A program made the translations under genes and the position numbers. Shown piece by piece: positions 60,815-64,000 of a stretch of 64,000 bases of DNA (positions are counted from its first letter, which is position 1; every line of letters starts with the position of its first letter). Source of the stretch: an uncultured Acidimicrobiia bacterium (GTDB lineage Bacteria > Actinomycetota > Acidimicrobiia > Spongiisociales > JAENVV01); assembly GCA_963847455.1 (NCBI GenBank), contig CAWKAG010000034.1, positions 126,604 to 190,603 on the forward strand. Reading direction: 5' to 3'. The notes under the pieces were generated by a model. That model searched no databases, was not told the DNA's origin, and was given only the letters and a program-made list of their open reading frames with translations.

Positions 60815-62004
60815 TCCTGGTCCTCGATTACGTCGTCGCCCAACCTGCCGCCGTCATCAAGCTTATCGGCGACGGAGAATAAAGCCTTAGCGCCGCCCCC
60901 CGATACTTCCACGGCCAGGCACATAGCGCGGACGACTTCGGCGATTGCCCGACCGCGATCGGGTTCCATTCGCCCTTCCTGGAGGTCGTGGATGGCCGAG
61001 TCGAGCCTTGCCAGCAGCCCGGCGAGGTCGGGTATGGCGGGTACGTCCGGCCGTTCGTGGCGCAGCCGTGGTTTGGCTGGCTCCGATTGCGCCAGCACGC
61101 TGATCCTCCCGGGGTTGGTCTCCACAGCAGGCGGCTGGGTGGTCGGAGGTTGGATATCGATCGGGATCGGCGCAGGATGGGCTGGCTCGGTCGCGGTCAT
61201 CTCGATCGTCGGGCGATCGATCGGCTGCGGCCCGCGAGGTGGTGCAGGTGGGTTCATTGCGGGTCGCTCGGCGGGTGCCGCGAGGTTGGTCGCCAGCGGT
61301 CCGCGAACGGGCTCCTGACGGTCAAGCTGAGCAGTGGCATCGGGCAGATCGGCGCGGGGCGGTTCATGTTTGAGGGCGCCGGACTGAGCCATTGCCATCG
61401 GCCCGGAAGCCGTAGGTTGATGGACAACCGGTGGTGCGACGCTAGCTGGCGGTGCGGGGGAGGGAGCGAAGGCGTAATCGGGTGACTGCTCTGCTCCTTC
61501 TGTCGGATTCGTATACCGCGGCTCGTCCGGTCGCTCAGGCGCATCCCGCTGTGAAGACGCGGCTGCTTCGAGGGGACCGACCGGTCGGTCGGGCTGACTC
61601 TCCGAACTCGGCGCGGTTGGTGTCATTCCGAGTTGGGTCGCGAAGTCCGTTGGTTTCAGACCCCATTTCTTGATCTTGGAGAGCAGGCCGGCCGGTTCGA
61701 TCGATAGCTCTGGTTCGTCGAAATACGGCAGGCCCCGCGAGGCGAAGAGGGGGCCATTCTCGGGTGTAAAGATGAGCGTTTCATTGCCAAGCGTCAGGTC
61801 GTACTTCCCCCGGGAGATCTCGACTGCCTTGGCTTCCGGACGGTTCCAGGTGCCGAGCTTCTCGTCGCCGGTGGCCAATGACAACGAGTCTGGTTCCATG
61901 GTTAGGGTCACGACGAGACGCGACTCAGGGTCGCTCGATAGCTCTAGTTCACCATGAAACAGCACCCCGACATCCCCCTCCGGTTCTCCGCTGTGGGTGG
62001 CCAT
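60811..62004 (-). CDS. Pro-rich protein with a related N-terminal domain and a C-terminal helical domain
   Basis: The N-domain is VGVLFHGELELSSDPESRLVVTLTMEPDSLSLATGDEKLGTWNRPEAKAVEISRGKYDLTLGNETLIFTPENGPLF. It has a ~230-aa P/A/T-rich linker. Confidence 0.4.
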   Translation of the reverse strand: MATHSGEPEGDVGVLFHGELELSSDPESRLVVTLTMEPDSLSLATGDEKLGTWNRPEAKAVEISRGKYDLTLGNETLIFTPENGPLFASRGLPYFDEPELSIEPAGLLSKIKKWGLKPTDFATQLGMTPTAPSSESQPDRPVGPLEAAASSQRDAPERPDEPRYTNPTEGAEQSPDYAFAPSPAPPASVAPPVVHQPTASGPMAMAQSGALKHEPPRADLPDATAQLDRQEPVRGPLATNLAAPAERPAMNPPAPPRGPQPIDRPTIEMTATEPAHPAPIPIDIQPPTTQPPAVETNPGRISVLAQSEPAKPRLRHERPDVPAIPDLAGLLARLDSAIHDLQEGRMEPDRGRAIAEVVRAMCLAVEVSGGGAKALFSVADKLDDGGRLGDDVIEDQE

Positions 62005-62038
62005 AATCTCGCGCCACCCCTCTCTTTGTCAAGCAGAG

Positions 62039-64000
62039 TTACCCAACGATGCGCAGGTGAGTCGGCCCATGCGTCATGGTACCGCCGGTCAGGTTGTCAC
62101 CTAAGAGTTCTTCGACGTCATCGCCCGACAGCGGTGGCGACAGGAGATAACCCTGTCCCTTGGCGCATCCAAGCTGCTGGAGGCGGCGCAGTTGGTGGGC
62201 AGTTTCGATGCCCTCAACCACCGTGTCGATCCCCAGCGTGTCGCCCAACTGGAGCACGGTTCGCACCAGGGGTGATTCCTCGTCGGGATTGAGTCGGTCT
62301 GTGAAGCTCTTGTCGATCTTGATGATGTCGATCGGAAGCCGATCAAGGTAGGCAAGCGACGAGTATCCGGTGCCAAAGTCGTCGATGGCCAGTCGGACGC
62401 CGAGGTCGCGAATGTCATCGAGAAGACTGACGGTGGTCTGCATGACAACGTTCTCGGTGATCTCGATGATGAGTCGGCGCGGTTCGAGGCCGTGCTTGGT
62501 GATCGTGTCGCGGATGAGTGCCGCCATGTCGACTTCGGCTAGCTGACGAGGGGAGAGGTTGACCGCCATGGTGAGAAACTGCTTTGGGCGGGCCTTTTGC
62601 CATTCGACAGCCTTGATGACGGCCTGCTCGAGCACAAAGGCACCGATGGCCACGATCAAGCCGCTCTCCTCGGCGAACGGGATGAATTGGGCAGGCGGCA
62701 CGATCCCGCGGGTCGGATGTTGCCATCGCACCAGGGCTTCGACGCCGGTCACGGTACCGGTGGCGAGGTCGACGATCGGCTGGTAACGCAACACGAGTTC
62801 GTCACGAGCGACCGCTTCGGTAAGGTCGGCTTTGAGTTCGAGACGGCGAATCATCTCGGCGTGCATGGCATCTTCGAATACTCGGTAGGTACCTTTGCGG
62901 GTCTGCTTGGCGGCGTACATCGCCGCGTCCGCGTTCCGCATGATCTGGTCTGGACGGTCGCTGCCATCCCCGAACGCGATTCCGATCGAGGTGTGGACCT
63001 TGAGTTCCTTCCCTTCCAGATTGAAGGGGATCGTCATACCCGCCATAATCCGCTCAGCCACGTCCGTTGCGCCGGTTGGAGTTGCCAGATCCTCCAACAG
63101 GATCGCGAACTCATCGCCTCCCAACCGGGCCACAACGTCTTCGGGCCGGGTGAACGAGCGAAGTCGGTTGGCCACCTGGACCAGCAGATCGTCACCGGCT
63201 GCGTGACCGAGTGAGTCATTGACCGTTTTGAAGTCATCGAGGTCGAGGAACATGACGGCAATAAACCGGTCGTCTTTGGCGCATCGATCCAGGGCTGAGT
63301 CGACGCGCTCTGAGAAGAGCGTCCGGTTGGCGAGTTTGGTAAGCGAATCGTGGAGTGCCTGGTGGCGGAGCTCTTCTTTGAGGTCGGTAAGTTGGGCAAG
63401 TGAGTCTTCGAGTCGGCCGTTCTCAAGGGAGACTGAAACCTGGCTGGCAAAAGTCTCCAGCAGCCGAACGTCGCTTTCCTCGAATTGAGAAACGTCATTA
63501 AGACGGTTGGCCACGATGATCACCCCGAAGGTGCCGTGGTCGCCCGAGAGGGGTGCGGCGACGCCATCTTCCATTTGCCACCCATCACGTACGAACGCGG
63601 TTGGATCCTTGATCAACATGGCCCCAGGGTTGTCGGCTATCGAGTGAAAGTGCGATTCCTCGGAACCGAGATCGAACGGCTCCATAACGACCCGCCGGTC
63701 ATCGGGGCCGACTGCCGTGAGGTAGGCGGACTTTCCTTCCTCTGGTAGCAAAATAATCTCAACGACTTCGGCCTCAAACATATCCTGGGCATAGAGAGCG
63801 GCCGATTCGAGGGCTGACTCGATCTGTGGTGACTCGTGGAGAACCCGGGTTGCTTGATACAGCGATTCGAGTCGCGAACGCTCAAGGCGCTGCGAGATGT
63901 ACGCCCGGTAGGCGAAGAAGAGGACGACGGGTGGCACCATGGCAAGCCAGGCTGCGTTCGAACCGCCGCTCCAGAAGATGGTGATACCCACCAGTGCCAA
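62039..64000 (-). CDS. GAF-GGDEF-EAL signalling protein (c-di-GMP turnover); the 5' end lies beyond the window
   Basis: It has GGDEF (RLGGDEFAIL), EAL (EALVRWQHP) and DDFGTGYSS. The ORF is open to the window edge. Confidence 0.85.
   Translation of the reverse strand: MALVGITIFWSGGSNAAWLAMVPPVVLFFAYRAYISQRLERSRLESLYQATRVLHESPQIESALESAALYAQDMFEAEVVEIILLPEEGKSAYLTAVGPDDRRVVMEPFDLGSEESHFHSIADNPGAMLIKDPTAFVRDGWQMEDGVAAPLSGDHGTFGVIIVANRLNDVSQFEESDVRLLETFASQVSVSLENGRLEDSLAQLTDLKEELRHQALHDSLTKLANRTLFSERVDSALDRCAKDDRFIAVMFLDLDDFKTVNDSLGHAAGDDLLVQVANRLRSFTRPEDVVARLGGDEFAILLEDLATPTGATDVAERIMAGMTIPFNLEGKELKVHTSIGIAFGDGSDRPDQIMRNADAAMYAAKQTRKGTYRVFEDAMHAEMIRRLELKADLTEAVARDELVLRYQPIVDLATGTVTGVEALVRWQHPTRGIVPPAQFIPFAEESGLIVAIGAFVLEQAVIKAVEWQKARPKQFLTMAVNLSPRQLAEVDMAALIRDTITKHGLEPRRLIIEITENVVMQTTVSLLDDIRDLGVRLAIDDFGTGYSSLAYLDRLPIDIIKIDKSFTDRLNPDEESPLVRTVLQLGDTLGIDTVVEGIETAHQLRRLQQLGCAKGQGYLLSPPLSGDDVEELLGDNLTGGTMTHGPTHLRIVG

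Overview
Summary: High-GC (~63%) genomic window, most likely actinobacterial: it carries a WhiB-family regulator, an F420/LLM-type oxidoreductase and an actinobacterial-style suf locus. It has two contrasting halves.

Left half (1-23.9 kb): a cell-envelope glycan island. It encodes UDP-GlcNAc 2-epimerase (WecB), a nucleotide-sugar dehydrogenase, at least 8 glycosyltransferases (GT2, GT4, two CgeB-like), an acyltransferase-3, a Wzm/Wzt-type ABC polymer exporter and a CsaB-like polysaccharide pyruvyltransferase domain. It also encodes four secreted cell-wall enzymes (M23 peptidase, CAP/SCP protein, PQQ-type sugar dehydrogenase beta-propeller, SpoIID/LytB) that share a C-terminal 3-4x tandem ~50-aa repeat. 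The repeat is S-layer-homology-like but carries an unusual conserved Cys pair (GCNPPxNDRFCP...TRAEMAAFL). My hypothesis is a pyruvylated secondary-cell-wall-polymer plus SLH-like anchoring system in an actinobacterium. Almost every gene in this island needs 1-4 frame changes to be read, which points to either real decay or a locally poor (strain-heterogeneous) assembly.

Right half (24-64 kb): mostly intact housekeeping genes.
- PduO-type adenosyltransferase, PepA, a priming sugar transferase and a MoeB/ThiF protein with an N-terminal rhodanese.
- A LonN-domain protein, a PQQ-repeat lipoprotein, YihY and an ABC exporter pair.
- An acidic secreted protein, an M23 peptidase and GltB.
- A rearranged suf locus (sufB ... 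sigma-factor/UDG insertion ... sufD-Rieske-sufC, plus an inverted second sufC-sufS-sufU).
- FumC-like lyase, WhiB, an acyl-CoA dehydrogenase, an SDR, YbjQ, two tandem Pro-rich paralogs and a partial GAF-GGDEF-EAL protein.

No rRNA, tRNA or CRISPR was recognised.
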